NCBI GenBank assembly: GCA_951406725.2
Contig: OX597818.1
Coordinates: forward strand, 25,172,001-25,236,000
Length of the DNA stretch: 64,000 bases
Reading direction: 5' to 3'
Source: Octopus vulgaris
Lineage: Eukaryota
Shown: positions 1 to 26,831 of the stretch, one piece after another
Position numbering within the stretch: the stretch's first letter is position 1
Layout: the number at the start of each line of letters is the position of its first letter
Translations under genes and position numbers: made by a program
The notes under the pieces: model-generated
What the model saw: only the letters and a program-made list of their open reading frames with translations
What the model was told of the DNA's origin: nothing
Databases searched by the model: none

Positions 1-149
1 TACATACATATATATACATACATACATATATATATACATACATACATATACATACATATAAACATATACATACATATAAACATATACATACATACATACA
101 TATATATACATACATACATATATATACATACATACATACATATATATAC

Positions 150-183
<34 letters not shown>

Positions 184-185
184 AC

Positions 186-258
<73 letters not shown>

Positions 259-259
259 C

Positions 260-338
<79 letters not shown>

Positions 339-349
339 CATATATATAC

Positions 350-382
<33 letters not shown>

Positions 383-387
383 CATAC

Positions 388-462
<75 letters not shown>

Positions 463-470
463 CATACATA
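1..470. repeat. Compound (TA)n/(TACA)n microsatellite
   Basis: Direct reading: TA, TACA and occasional TAAA units, with C-containing variants on the + strand. Confidence 0.97.
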
Positions 471-2254
471 TGATTTGATTTGATTTGATTTTGATTTTTC
501 CAGTTTCAGCTAATGAGCTGTGGCCATGCTGGGGCACCACCATTTGGTTTGCTACACGATTTTACCTCACGGATGCTTTTTAGCACACGCCATCTAATGC
601 ATGAGAGAGTTCAATGCAGCTGCCCTCATCTGCACCTCCTGCCGTGAAGTTGGTTCATCCGGGACACCTGACAGGAAGAGGTCCAGTCCTACTTTAAAGA
701 CATCCGCATCTACACCATGCAGGACCCTCAGGTTCTTTGGGAGGATATTGAAGAGCTGTGGGCCTCTGAAGCCCAGGCTATCACAATATCTTGTCCTACA
801 TCTTGATGGCAAATTTGGAGTCCTTGGTACTACACAGTGGCGCCCGGTTCTGGCATTTGTGTGACTCTCGATGCCAAAGTTTGGGACAAGTCCTTCCAGG
901 ATCTTCCAGATATATATTATGGCATATCTTTCTCGCCTACGCTCCAGGGAATGGAGCTTTAATCTCTTGAGTCTTTCCCAGTAGCTCATATGTTGCACAG
1001 AGGCTATCTTCTTCGTGTAGCTTCGTTGGATCGCCTCAAGTTCTGTGATCAACTTGACACTGGATGGTGACCATAGCTGAGAGCAATAGTCAAAATGGCT
1101 TAGGACAAGTGTCTTCCAGAGGACCATCATGGTTTCTTGTTCTCTTGTTCTAAGAATCCAGCCAGCCAGCCGTCTACATTTCATTGCCAGTTTAGCAACA
1201 TGTACATGAAAGGTCGCGTCATCACTCATGTGAATACCCAAGTCACGCACTGATTGCGCCTCTGGGATTGCAATCCCTCCGGGTCCAGTGTATTCATTGG
1301 GTATTGCATTCAGTTTTGCATACTGATAGTATAAAGCTTGAAACTTTTCAGCATTGAACTGCATGCTATTCTTTTCAGCCCACTTGTATATTTCGTCCAG
1401 CTCACATTGCAGGTGCTTAGTGTCTTCAGGGTTCTGTATTGCCTGTGAGACTTTTGCATCATCTGCATAACTTGTGATCGTGGCTCTCTGCGTGGCTGAG
1501 GGCATGTCCGAGAGGGCCATTATGAACAGTAGTGGTCCCAAAACAGTGCCCTGCGGAACACCGCTCACTATTTGCGTGTTAATGGAAGTGGCCCCATTGG
1601 CTGTTACCACCTGACTTCTATTCGTCAGAAAGTCATGAAGCCATTCTCCAAATTTTCCAACTATGCCAAGATCACGCAGTTTGTGACATATCATTCCATG
1701 ATCGACTTTATCAAAGGCCTTTGCGAAGTCGAGATATATGACTTCCACATTTGAGTGGTTGAGCAGTTGTTTCAGCACCCAGTCATAGTGCTGTAGGAGC
1801 TGAGTTAAGCAGCTTCTTCCTGGTCGGAAACCATGTTGGGTGTCAGGCAGCAAGTCATTTTCTTCAAGGAAGGTGATTAGTTTCCTGCTGACTATTCATT
1901 CCATGACCTTGCTGATGTGTGAGGTTAGGCAGATAGGTCTGTAGTTCTTGGCCTCTGCTCTGCTACCTCCTTTATGCATAGGGCTATTTTACCTTCCTTC
2001 AGTTTACTTGGAAGTTTGCCAGTTGCAAGGAAGCTCTGAAAGAGAGACCGCAGTGGCCTTGCTAGGACCCTCTTACATACTTTTAGAAGGATTGCTGGGA
2101 ATCCATCGGGGCCAGTAGCTGAGTTTGTTTCCATTTCATCTATAGCCTTTATTACATCGTCTTCCTTTATATTGATATAATCAATCATCGCTGCCTCTGA
2201 CCCCATATCTGCAGTGGTGAAGAAGTCAGTTGGATTGCTGATTTGGAAATGCCC
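471..2254 (-). mobile_element. 5'-truncated CR1/L2-group LINE, subfamily A (RT region plus 3' end), decayed
   Basis: ORF 594-1853 and the end of ORF 1925-5953 carry RT motifs [45 protein letters not shown] and the CR1-type C-terminus [13 protein letters not shown]. It has a frameshift near 1990, an in-frame stop near 1899 and a 9-nt deletion (ILRT-REQE). The tail is (AAATC)n at 471-497 and both flanks are TA repeat. Confidence 0.92.
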
Positions 2255-2587
2255 ATATATATATATATACATACATATATATATATACATACATATATAT
2301 ATACATACATATATATATATATACATACATATATACATACATATATATATATATACATACATATATATATATACATACATACATATACATACATACATAC
2401 ATATATATATATATACATACATATACATACATACATATATATATACATACATATACATACATACATATATATATACATACATATACATACATACATACAT
2501 ATATATATACATACATATATATATATATACATACATATATATATACATACATATATATATATATATACATATACATACATATATATA

Positions 2588-2619
<32 letters not shown>

Positions 2620-2785
2620 CATATACATACATATATATATACATACATACATATATATATACATACATACATATATATATACATACATACATATATATAT
2701 ATACATACATACATATATATATATATATACATATACATACATATATATATACATACATACATATATATATACATACATACATATA

Positions 2786-2819
<34 letters not shown>

Positions 2820-2994
2820 CATACATATATATATATATACATATACATACATATATATATATATACATACATACATATATATATACATACATACATATAT
2901 ACATACATACATATATACATACATATATACACATATACATACATATATATATACATACATATATATATACATACATATATACATACATACATAC

Positions 2995-3029
<35 letters not shown>

Positions 3030-3644
3030 CATACATACATACATATATATATATACATACATACATATATATATACATACATATATACATACATATATAT
3101 ATACATATATATATACATACATACATACATATATATATATATACATACATACATATATATATATACATACATACATATATATATATACATACATATATAT
3201 ATATACATACATACATATATACATACATACATATATATATACATACATACATACATATATACATACATATATATAAACATACATACATATATACATACAT
3301 ATATATAAACATACATACATAAATATATACATACATATATATACATACATACATATATATATACATACATATATACATACATACATACATATATATATAC
3401 ATACATATATACATACATACATACATATATATATACATACATATATATATACATACATATATATATACATACATATATATAAACATACATATATACATAC
3501 ATATATATAAACATACATATATACATACATACATATATACATACATACATATATATATACATACATATATACATACATATATATATACATACATATATAT
3601 ATACATACATATATATATACATACATATATATATACATACATAC

Positions 3645-3710
<66 letters not shown>

Positions 3711-3755
3711 ACATACATACATATACATACAAACATATATATACATACATATATA

Positions 3756-3787
<32 letters not shown>

Positions 3788-4701
3788 CATATATATACAA
3801 ACATATATATACATACATATATATACATAAATACATATATATACAAACATATATATACATAAATACATATATATATATATACATACATATATATATACAT
3901 ACATATATATATACATACATATACATACATATATATATACATACATACATATATATACATACATACATATATATACATACATACATATATATACATACAT
4001 ATATACATATACATACATATATATATATACATACATACATACATATATATATATACAAACATATATATATACAAACATATATATATACGTACATATATAT
4101 ATACATACATATATATATATACATACATACATATATATATACATACATACATATATATATACATACATACATAAATATATACATACATACATATATATAT
4201 ACATACATACATATATATATACATACATACATATATATACATATATATATATACATACATATATATATACATACATATATATATACATACATACATATAT
4301 ACATACATACATATACATACATATATATATACATACATACATATATACATACATACATATACATACATATATATATACATACATACATATATACATAAAT
4401 ATATATATAAACATACAAACATATATACATAAATATATATATATATATACATACATACATATATACATACATATATATACATACATACATATATACATAC
4501 ATATATATACATACATACATATATACATAAATATATATACATACATACATATATACATAAATATATATACATACATACATATATACATAAATATATATAC
4601 ATACATACATATATACATAAATATATATATATATACATACATACATATATACATACTTATATATATATACATATATAGATACATACATATATACATACTT
4701 A

Positions 4702-4733
<32 letters not shown>

Positions 4734-5080
4734 CATATATACATACATATATACATACATATATACATACATACATATATACATACATATATACATACAT
4801 ACATATATACATACATACATATATATATATATATACATACATATATATATATATACATACATACATATATATATATATATACATACATATATATATATAC
4901 ATACATATATATATATACATACATACATATATATATATACATACATACATATATATATATATACATACATACATATATATATATATACATACATACATAC
5001 ATATATATATATACATACATATATATATATATATACATACATATATATATATATATACATACATACATATATATATATAT

Positions 5081-5115
<35 letters not shown>

Positions 5116-5628
5116 CATACATACATATATATATATATACATACATACATATACATACATACATACATACATATATACATACATACATATATACATACAT
5201 ACATACATATATACATACATACATATATACATACATACATATATACATACATACATATATATATATACATACATACATAAATATATATATATATACATAC
5301 ATAAATATATATATATATACATACATAAATATATATATATATACATACATACATAAATATATATATATATACATACATAAATATATATATATATATACAT
5401 ACATACATAAATATATATATACATACATAATATATATATACATACATATATATATATATACATACATACATATATACATACATACATATATATATATATA
5501 TACATATATACATACATACATACATACATATATATATATATACATATATACATACATACATACATACATATATATATATACATATATACATACATAAATA
5601 CATACATATATACATACATACATACATA

Positions 5629-5669
<41 letters not shown>

Positions 5670-6053
5670 ATATACATACATACATATACATACATACATA
5701 TACATATATATACATACACATACATATATATGTACACATACATATACATATATATATATATACATACATATATATACACATACATATATATACACATACA
5801 TATATATACACATACATATATATACACATACATATATATACACATACATATATGTATATATATACATATACATACATACATATATACATACATATATGTA
5901 TATATATACATATACATACATACATATATACATACATACGTACATATATACATACATACTTACATATATACATACGTACATATATATATACACACACTTG
6001 TATACACACACACATACATACATACATACATATATACATACATATATATATAT
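2255..6053. repeat. Compound (TA)n/(TACA)n microsatellite, ~3.8 kb
   Basis: Direct reading; local blocks of TAAA/CAAA variants. Confidence 0.97.
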
Positions 6054-6190
6054 GCATCAAACTCTCATGCACCAAATGGCAGTTGCAAAAAACCATTCGT
6101 GAGGTAAAATCATGTAGCAACACCAAATGGCGGTGCCCCAGCATGGCCACAGCTCAAGAGCTGAAATTGGAAAACATAAACATAAACAAT
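6054..6190 (+). mobile_element. 3'-terminal ~135 bp of CR1/L2-group LINE (subfamily A-like)
   Basis: Homologous to the 3' ends at 471-600 and 31943-32070 (GGCGGTGCCCCAGCATGGCCACAGCTCAAGAGCTGAAA); tail (AAACAT)n; TA repeat on both sides. Confidence 0.88.
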
Positions 6191-6536
6191 ATATACATAC
6201 ATATAAATACGTACATATATGTATACATATATATACATAAATACATATATATATATATACATAAATATATATACTTATATATATATATACATACATATAT
6301 ATACTTATATATATATATACATACATATATACACATACATACATGTATCCACATGCATATATATACATACATATATATATATACATATAAATATATACAT
6401 ACATATATATGCATACATATATATACATATATACATACATATATATGCATACAAATATACATACATATATATACATATATATATACATACATATACATAC
6501 ATATATACATACATATACATACATATACATACATAC

Positions 6537-6567
<31 letters not shown>

Positions 6568-6761
6568 CATACACATATATATACATATATACATACACAT
6601 ATATATACATATATACATACACATATATATACATACATATGTATACATACATACATATATATATATATACATACATACATATATACATACATACATATAT
6701 ACATACATACATATATACATACATACATACATACATACACAGACATATATATATATACATA

Positions 6762-6821
<60 letters not shown>

Positions 6822-6963
6822 CACATATATACATACATACATATACATATATACATACATACATATATATACATACATATACATACATACAAATACATAC
6901 ATATATATACATACATATATACACATACATATATATATATATACATACATACAAATACATACA

Positions 6964-6999
<36 letters not shown>

Positions 7000-7009
7000 C
7001 ACATACATA

Positions 7010-7047
<38 letters not shown>

Positions 7048-7217
7048 CACATACATATATACACATACATATATATATATACATACATACATATATACAC
7101 ATATATATATATACATACATATATACACATACATATATATATATATACATACATATATATATACTTACATATATATATACTTACATATATATATACTTAC
7201 ATATATACATATACATA

Positions 7218-7257
<40 letters not shown>

Positions 7258-7391
7258 CATACATATATATATACATACATATATATATACATACATATAT
7301 ATATACATATATATATACATACATATATATATACATATATATATACATACATATATACATACATACATATATACATACATATATACATACA

Positions 7392-7441
<50 letters not shown>

Positions 7442-8065
7442 CACATACATATATACACATACATATATACACATACATATATACACATACATATATACAC
7501 ATACATATATACACATACATATATACACATACATATATATATACATATATATACATACATATATATATACATATATATACATATATATACATACATATAT
7601 ACACATACATATATACACATACATATATATATACATATATATACATACATATATATATACATATATATACATACATATATATATACATATATATACATAC
7701 ATATATATATACATATATATACATACATATATATATACATATATACACATACATATATACATACATATATATACACACATATATATACATACATATATAC
7801 ACATACATATATATATACATACATATATACATACATATAGATATATATACATACATATATATATACATACATAAATACATACATACATAAATACATACAT
7901 ACATAAATACATACATATACATACATATATATATATACATAGATATATATATACATACGTATATATATATATACATACATATATACATACATACATATAT
8001 ACATAGATATATATATATATACATACATATATACATAGATATATATATACATACATATATACATA
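6191..8065. repeat. Compound (TA)n/(TACA)n/(TACACA) microsatellite
   Basis: Direct reading. Confidence 0.96.
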
Positions 8066-8149
8066 GCCTGTCTTTGTATGAAACAATTGTACTAAAAAAC
8101 TAATCCATTCTTGTTGCTTTATTCTCGTATATACATAGATATATATATA

Positions 8150-8684
8150 CAGAAGCTACACAAAGAAAATCGTCTCAATGCAAAATATCAGCTACTGGGA
8201 AAGACTGAAGGTATTAAACCTCTTCTCCCTAGAGCGGAGGCGGGAGAGATATGCGGTGATATACATCTGGAAAATCCTGGAGGGTCTCGTCCCAAACTTT
8301 GGCAATCAAATTTACCCCAACCGCAGAACGGGGTGCCGCTGCGTGGTGCCAAGGATTCCAACATCACCATCAAAATACAGGTCCAGATACTGCAACAGCT
8401 TGGGTTTCAGAGGACCACAGCTCTTTAACATCCTCCCTAAATGCCTGAGAGACTTACATGGTGTGGATGTGGGTCTCTTTAAAACTAAACTGGATCTCTT
8501 CTTGTTGGGAGTCCCAGATGAACCTACCGCACGACAGGAGACGCGGATGCGGGCAGCAGCATCGAACTCCCTTGTTGATCAAGTGCCACGTATCAGAGGT
8601 GGATTCACAAATTAGTGTAGCTCATTCAGCGGTGGTGCCCCAGCATGGCCGCGGCCTACGGGCTAAAACATTTTTAAGGATTTA
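8150..8684 (+). mobile_element. 5'-truncated CR1/L2-group LINE, subfamily C (ORF2 C-terminus plus 3' UTR)
   Basis: ORF 8178-8615: [20 protein letters not shown]...[14 protein letters not shown]...VPDEPT; 3' motif GGTGCCCCAGCATGGCCGCGGCCTACGGGCTAAAAC; short TA repeat on the left and long TA repeat on the right. Confidence 0.9.
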
Positions 8685-8905
8685 TAGATATATATACATA
8701 CATATATATATATATACATAGATATATACATACATACATACATATATATATACATACATACATATACATACATACAAACACATATATATACATACACACA
8801 TATACATACATATATATACATACAAACACATATATATACATACACACATATACATACATATATATACATACAAACACATATATATACATACACACACACA
8901 TATAT

Positions 8906-8952
<47 letters not shown>

Positions 8953-9085
8953 CATACATACATATATATACATATATATACATACATACATATATATACA
9001 TACATACATATATATATATACATACATACATATATATACATATATATACATACAAACATATATATACATACATACATATATATAC

Positions 9086-9151
<66 letters not shown>

Positions 9152-9213
9152 ACATACATATATATATATACATATATACATATACATACATATATATATA
9201 TACATATATACAT

Positions 9214-9264
<51 letters not shown>

Positions 9265-9362
9265 CATATATACATATATATATATACATATATACATATA
9301 TATATATACATACATACATATATATATATACATATATAATATATATATATATATACATATAT
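8685..9362. repeat. (TA)n/(TACA)n microsatellite
   Basis: Direct reading. Confidence 0.96.
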
Positions 9363-10924
9363 ACTCTTTTACTCTTTTACTCTTTTACTTGTTTCAGCCA
9401 TCCGGCTGAGGCTATGCTGGGGCACCGCCCTTGTTGCTACCCTCTCTAAGTCCAGTTTGCCGTGGCTGGCCACTGATCTAAGAGAGAGTTTGTAGCTGCT
9501 GCCCTTAGGTTACCTTTGTACCTTGCAGTGGGTTCATCTGGGATCCCGGAAAGCAGCTTGTCTAGATGTTTTTTGAAAATGTCCACATCCGCATCATGTA
9601 GATCTCTTAGTTTTCTTGGCAGTTTGTTGAACAGCTGAGGGCCCCTGAACCCCAGGCTATTACAGTATCTGCTCCTTACCCTGGATGTGGAAGACGGGAC
9701 CTTTGGCACCACACAGTGACGTCCTGTACGGGGATTGGAACAGCTCTCAATTCCAAAATTTGGTGCTAGTCCCTCCAGGATTTTCCATATGTATATCACT
9801 GCATATCTCTCTCGTCTTCGTTCCAAGGAGTACAAATTGAGTTCCCTAAGCCTCTCCCAATAGTTCTTTTCTTTCATGGTGGAAATCCTCTTGGTGAAAT
9901 GTCTTTGGATTGTCTCAAGCTCTGTGGTTAGTTTGACACTATGCGGTGACCACAGTTGGGAGCAGTAGTCCAGGCGGCTTAGGACAAATGTCCTCCATAG
10001 TGTCAACATGGTCTCGCAGTCTCTTGTCCGGAATGTCCTCAGGATCCAGCCAGTGAGTCGTCTGCACATTGTCGCCACCTTCGCGATGTGTGAAGAAAAA
10101 GATGCATCGTCACTCATGTCTATCCCCAGGTCCCGTATTGATTTCGATACTGGGATTTCGATCCCTCCTGGACCAGTATAGTTGTGTTGTAATGTATATG
10201 TGTTTACAGCTTGATATTGTAAGGCTTGAAATTTACCAGCATTAAATTGCATGTTGTTGTCTTCAGCCCATTTGTATATGGCATCCAGATCTTGTTGTAA
10301 AAGGTCAGCATCAGCTGGGTTTTTGATTGCCTATGCTACCTTTGTGTCATCAGCATAGCTAGTGAGGGATGTTGTTTGTGCTACCAAGGGCATGTCAGAG
10401 AGCGCCACCAAAAACAGCAAGGGTCCCAAGGTTGTGCCCTGTGGCACCCCGCTTGCTATTGGTGTCTTTCCCGAGAGGGCTCCATTGGCTGCAACCATCT
10501 GGCTTCTGTCCTTCAGGAAGTCATGTATCCACTCACCTACTTTTCCTGTTATGCCGAGTCTAAGTAATTTGTGACATATCACTCCGTGGTCGACTTCGTC
10601 AAAGGCCTTCGCAAAGTCGAGATATACCACATCCACCTGTGAGCGATCCAGTAGTTGTTTCAGTACCCAGTCGTAGTGTTGTAACAGCTGCGTAAGGCAG
10701 CTTCTTCCTGGGCGAAAGCCATTCTGTGTGTCAGTAAGACGGTTAGTTTCTTCGAGGAACATGATCAGTTTTTTTCTGATGATTCGTTCCATGACCTTAC
10801 TTATGTGTGACGTCAGGGAGACTGGCCTGTAGTTATTGGCCTCTGCTCTACTCCCGCCTTTGTGGATAGGGCATATGGTGCCTTCTTTTAGCGCCCTGGG
10901 CAGTTTACCGTTAGCCAAGGAACC
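9363..10924 (-). mobile_element. 5'-truncated CR1/L2-group LINE, subfamily B
   Basis: ORFs 10331-10918 and 9446-10252 are one RT frame broken by a TAG at 10331 ([36 protein letters not shown]). Tail (GAGTAAAA)n follows CAGCCGGATGGCTGAAACAA. Confidence 0.92.
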
Positions 10925-10998
10925 ATATATATATTATATACATACATACATATATATATACACATATATACATATATATATATATACATACATACATA

Positions 10999-11030
<32 letters not shown>

Positions 11031-11969
11031 CATACATATACATACATACATATATATACATACATACATACACATACATACATACATATATATACATACA
11101 TACATATATATACATACATACATACACATACATACATATATATACATACATACATATATATATATACATACATACATATATTTATATACATACATACATA
11201 TATTTATATACATACATACATATATACATACATACATATATATATATACATACATACATATATATATATACATACATACATATATATATACATACATACA
11301 TACATATATATACATACATACATACATATATATACATACATACATACATATATATACATACATACATACATATATATACATACATACATATATATACATA
11401 CATACATACATATATATACATACATACATATATATACATACATACATACATATATATACATACATACATATATATACATACATACATACATATATATACA
11501 TACATACATATATATATATATACATATATATATATACATACATACATATATATATATACATACATACATATATATACATACATACATATATATACATACA
11601 TACATATATATACATACATACATACATACATATACATACATACATACATACATATACATATATACATACATACATACATATACATATATACATACATACA
11701 TATATATATATACATACATACATATATATACATACATACATATATATACATACATACATATATATATATACATACATATATATATATACATACATACATA
11801 TATATATATACATACATACGTATATATACATACATACATACGTATATATACATACATATATATATACATACATATATATATATACATACATACATACATA
11901 TATATACATACATACGTATATATACATACATACATACGTATATATACATACATATATATATATACATAC

Positions 11970-12003
<34 letters not shown>

Positions 12004-12082
12004 ACATACATACATATACATACATATATATATATACATACATATATATATATACATACATACATATATATATATACATACA

Positions 12083-12123
<41 letters not shown>

Positions 12124-12257
12124 ACATACATATATATATATATATACATACATACGTATATATACATACATACGTATATATATATATACATACATACATA
12201 TATATACATACATACGTATATATATATATACATACATACATATATATATATATATAC

Positions 12258-12305
<48 letters not shown>

Positions 12306-12347
12306 ACATACATACGTATATATATATACATACATATATATATATAC

Positions 12348-12404
<57 letters not shown>

Positions 12405-12439
12405 CGTATATATATATACATACATATATATATATATAC

Positions 12440-12472
<33 letters not shown>

Positions 12473-12678
12473 CATACATACATACATATATATATACATA
12501 CATACATACATATACATACATACATATATATACATACATACATATATATACATACATACATATATATACATACATACATACATATATATACATACATACA
12601 TACATATATATACATACATACATATATATACATACATACATATATATATATACATACATATATATATATACATACATA

Positions 12679-12719
<41 letters not shown>

Positions 12720-13026
12720 ACATACATACATATATATATACATACATACGTATATATACATACATACATACGTATATATACATACATATATATATATATA
12801 TACATACATACATATATATATATACATACATATATATATATATATACATACATACATATATATATATACATACATACATATATATATATACATACATACA
12901 TATATATATATACATACATACATATATATACATACATACATATATATATATACATACATACATATATATATATACGTACATACATATATATACGTACATA
13001 CATATATATACATACATACATATATA

Positions 13027-13094
<68 letters not shown>

Positions 13095-13823
13095 CATACA
13101 TATATATATATACATACATACATATATATATATACATACATACATATACATATATACATACATACATATACATATATATATATACATATATACATATATA
13201 TATATATACATATATACATATATATATATATATACATATATACATATATATATACATATATATATATACATACATATATATATATACATACATATATATA
13301 TATACATATATACATACATATACATATATACATATACATACATATATATACATATATATACATATACATATATATACATATACATATATATACATATACA
13401 TATATATACATATACATATATATACATATACATATACATATATATACATATATATACATATACATATATATACATATACATATATATACATATATATACA
13501 TATATATACATATACATATATATACATATACATATATATACATATATATACATATACATACATATATATACATATATATACATATATACACATATATACA
13601 CATATATACACATATATACATATATATACATATATATACATATACATACATATATATACATATACATATATATACATATATATACATATACATATATATA
13701 CATATACATATATATACATATATATACATATACATATATATACATATATATACATATACATATATATACATATATATACATATACATACATATACATATA
13801 TATACATATATATACATATATAT
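10925..13823. repeat. Compound (TA)n/(TACA)n/(TATACA)n microsatellite, ~2.9 kb
   Basis: Direct reading; TACG variants concentrated at ~11.8-13.0 kb. Confidence 0.97.
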
Positions 13824-16800
13824 CTTGCAAACAACTTGCACATGCAAGTGCTACCAGTTAAAAGCTCCGTATATCGGAAGCTAGCAAGTGTATGGGGTCA
13901 TCAGGAGAGAATGCGCGCCGTTTCGGGGCCTACCTCTCGACGGCATCAATGCGCACCGGCCCCCTCACTGATATGAGGCCCCGCTTGCTAGATCAGCTGG
14001 TTATGATGAACTCAATATACTTCTAGCCATCGCTCATCGTCACTTTTTAACCAAATCCAGTGGCTAGCCTTCTCCACTGTAGATTGGATATCAGTCATGG
14101 TGGTATTGACTTTACGATGAGTTAGGCCTAACGATAACAACAGTCGTCTCACGCTGTGTCCTACAAACCCTCTACATCCGACTTCGATAGGAAAATGTTC
14201 CGCTTTCCAGCCTGCGTCTTCATATTCCTCGAGGAGGTTTTCATAACGGTTTAATTTTCGAGCTCGAGCGGCGTCCATATTATCTTCGTGAGGAACCGTT
14301 AGCTCGACTATATTTAAAACTTTCTTTCTTTCACACCACATCAAAATATCTGGTTTTTTCGAAACTGGGATGGGAAAGAAAACCTGGCACCCAGGTAAAT
14401 CTGCAGTTACCTCCCAATAGTCGTTCCACTTTTCATTTTTCTCAGGAAGTTTCTTGGTCTTCTTCTTGAAACGGATCTGCTGACCTGGTCGCACGAAGGT
14501 AATGAACTCTCTTGATGGTACTTTTAACGATTTTTCCTCAGTGTTGTTGAGATGAATTTGATTCTTTATAGCATTGAAGATAACCTTAAGGACCAAGTTG
14601 TGCCTCCATGTGTACCTGTTCAATGCTAACGAACAGTTGGAAAGAATATGTTTTAGTGTACCGACTTTTCCACATTTGCAGACGTCATTCTCTAAGACGT
14701 TCCATCTTACTAGATTCGTAGGTGATGGCAAAACATCATAAGATGAACGAATCAGGAAACTCAGCCGAGATGTTGTCCACTTCCACATCTCATCCCAACT
14801 TATCTTCCTCTCAACAACATGTTCTTCCCATCTCGTCATCTGACCTTGATGAACACATCGGATCAAATGAAGCTCTCTTCTCTCTGCTTCTCTTGTTTTG
14901 ACGCTGTTGCTAACAACAGATCTGCGTTCACACGGCATCATGCTTGCAAACGGTCTGAACTGATCCGCGCCAAAACCAAATCCTTTCCGATGGTTCTGCG
15001 TTGCTCCCACCATATCTCTGTGTGTAAGAGAAGACAAGATGTTGTCAGTTTCTGCTTCTGCTTTCCACTTCCTGGCTGTTTTCACCTCTGGTGGGTTACG
15101 CCTGATTTCCATATCCTTCGATTCTCTCAGCATCATGACCGTCCGTATCTTCCCCAACTTATATATTTCGACTATTGATGCTATTGGTAACTGCAACGAA
15201 CCTCTTTTACGATAAAGAGCTGAGCTGTTCAACATACGAGGTAGACCTAGCCACTTTCTAATGAACACATTACATTTTTGTTCGATCTTTTCAACTCGTG
15301 ACAATGCTACCTCGTATATTAAAAGTGGCCACGCAAGTCGCGGGTACAGGCCGAACTGCAAGCACCAAATTTTATATTTACCTGGTAACTTCGAAACATC
15401 AATCGCTGATAACCCAGCCTCGGCCTGTTTCATAATTTCAATCCCACGACTTCTATCTGACAATGTTCCAGCGTATACTCGTCCCAAGCTCTTGACGGGC
15501 TCTTCCTTGACTGTTGGAATGCTTTCTTCCGATATTCGAAATTTAAATTCTTTCTGCACTCCCTTAACAAATGTCAGACTACGCGACTTTTTTGCTCTAA
15601 ATCGCATCCTTGACCACCTTACACGTTCGTCTAATCTCAAAAGGGCATTCTGCATGATTTGTTTATCTGTAGCTAGAAGTGTCACGTCATCCATGAAGGC
15701 TTTCTTAGGCGATTGTACATGGGCGATTTGTTCCGAAAAATCTACACCTTTCAAAATCAACTCCATGACTAAGATAAACCACGTGACAGATATTGTACAG
15801 CCAGCAGCAATGCCAACCTCCAATCGGTGCCAATTTGTTGTAAAACTTCCAGTTGTAAACCTCATTTCGAAACTTTCATAGTACATCCTCATTATTTTGA
15901 TCACTTTGTCAGGAATGTGGAAGTGGTCCATGGCTGTTATTAGTAATTTGTGTGGCACTGAACCATACGCGTTAGCTAGGTCGAGCCATACCACGTTCAG
16001 ACTTTTCTTGTTCTGTTTGGCATCCTGAATCGCTTTCCAAATCAAAAAACAGTGTTCAACGCATCCAGGGATCCCGGGGATTCCGGCCTTTTGAACAGAT
16101 TCATCAACATATCCGTTACTCTGTAAATATGTCACTGTTCTCCTCGACAGAATTCCCATAAAGATCTTGCCTTCCACATTCAATAAGGATATCGGCCTAA
16201 ACTGTTTTATGGTCTTTGCATTGGCCTCTTTCGGCAGGTATATACCTTCTGCCTTACACCAATCCTCTACTATAGTCTCCTCGCGCCACAGTTGTCGGAT
16301 TAGGACGAAGAGCTTCTTTCGCAGACGATTGCAGTATTTGTAGACTTTATATGAGACGCCATCACCTCCTGGGGCACTCTTCGCTCTAGCTTTTCTTACG
16401 AAGTCATTCACCTCTCTCTCCCTGATGTCCCCAATCTGGAATTCGATATCAGGTCCTGAGAGATGATTTAGCCCATGTAGAGATGGCAGCGGCTGATTAC
16501 GGTGCGGATCGCTGTAGGTTTCCTTGATATGAGCATCCAATTCTTCTTTAGTGCACGATAAAGTACCACTCTTCGGCTCAGTGAACAGCTTCTTAGTAAA
16601 CCCGTACGGGTCCTTCAGAAACTGCCCTCGAGTCCTTTTACTTTCTTTTCGACGCTCATATCGGCGAATATGTCGTTGCACATAACGACATTTCCTCTTC
16701 AAATCGTTATACAGCAACGCAAGGCCAGGTTTCTCATCTAGTGCAGCACATCTCCATCTCTTTCTTAAGTCGGACTTTTCCTTCCTCAACTGCTGCATTT

Positions 16801-17138
16801 TTCTGATCCTCCTGCTTGGTCCACACTTTCCTTTCTCTAGTCGGATATTCTCTTTTATTCCAAATAAATCTCTTGCTACATCGTATATTGAGCTTGATAA
16901 TTTTCCCAGTTTTTCCACTGTAGAGCCTGTCATTTTATAAAGAGTCCGACAAACCTTGTTTTCAAACTCTTTATATTTCACTTTCTCATTAGCAGCAGGC
17001 CACAAAACCCTCGGTTTCCTCTGAGTATTATCCGATGCACCGGTTTCATGACTTGTAGTTTCTTCACGTGAAGAGTTCTGTGCTGTAGCATTTATCGATC
17101 CGCTGTGGTTTGAGTCCGGGGATGATTTGCCACGTGAC
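13824..17138 (-). mobile_element. HERO-like (R2-group) non-LTR retrotransposon with RT, CCHC finger and RLE; 5'-truncated; no poly(A)
   Basis: Uninterrupted frame 17135 to 14012: [99 protein letters not shown] ~190-nt 3' UTR runs directly into TA repeat. Confidence 0.88.
14012..17135 (-). CDS. RT/RLE polyprotein of the HERO-like element (N-terminally truncated, ~1040 aa open)
   Basis: Non-repeat part of ORF 14012-19618, with no stops; the upstream poly-YI portion is microsatellite read-through. Confidence 0.8.
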
Positions 17139-26830
<9,692 letters not shown>

Positions 26831-26831
26831 T

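Noticed and set aside
14819-15881. Antisense ORFs over the HERO, CR1 and RTE coding regions
   Set aside because: Shadow frames of RT genes with no recognisable motifs.
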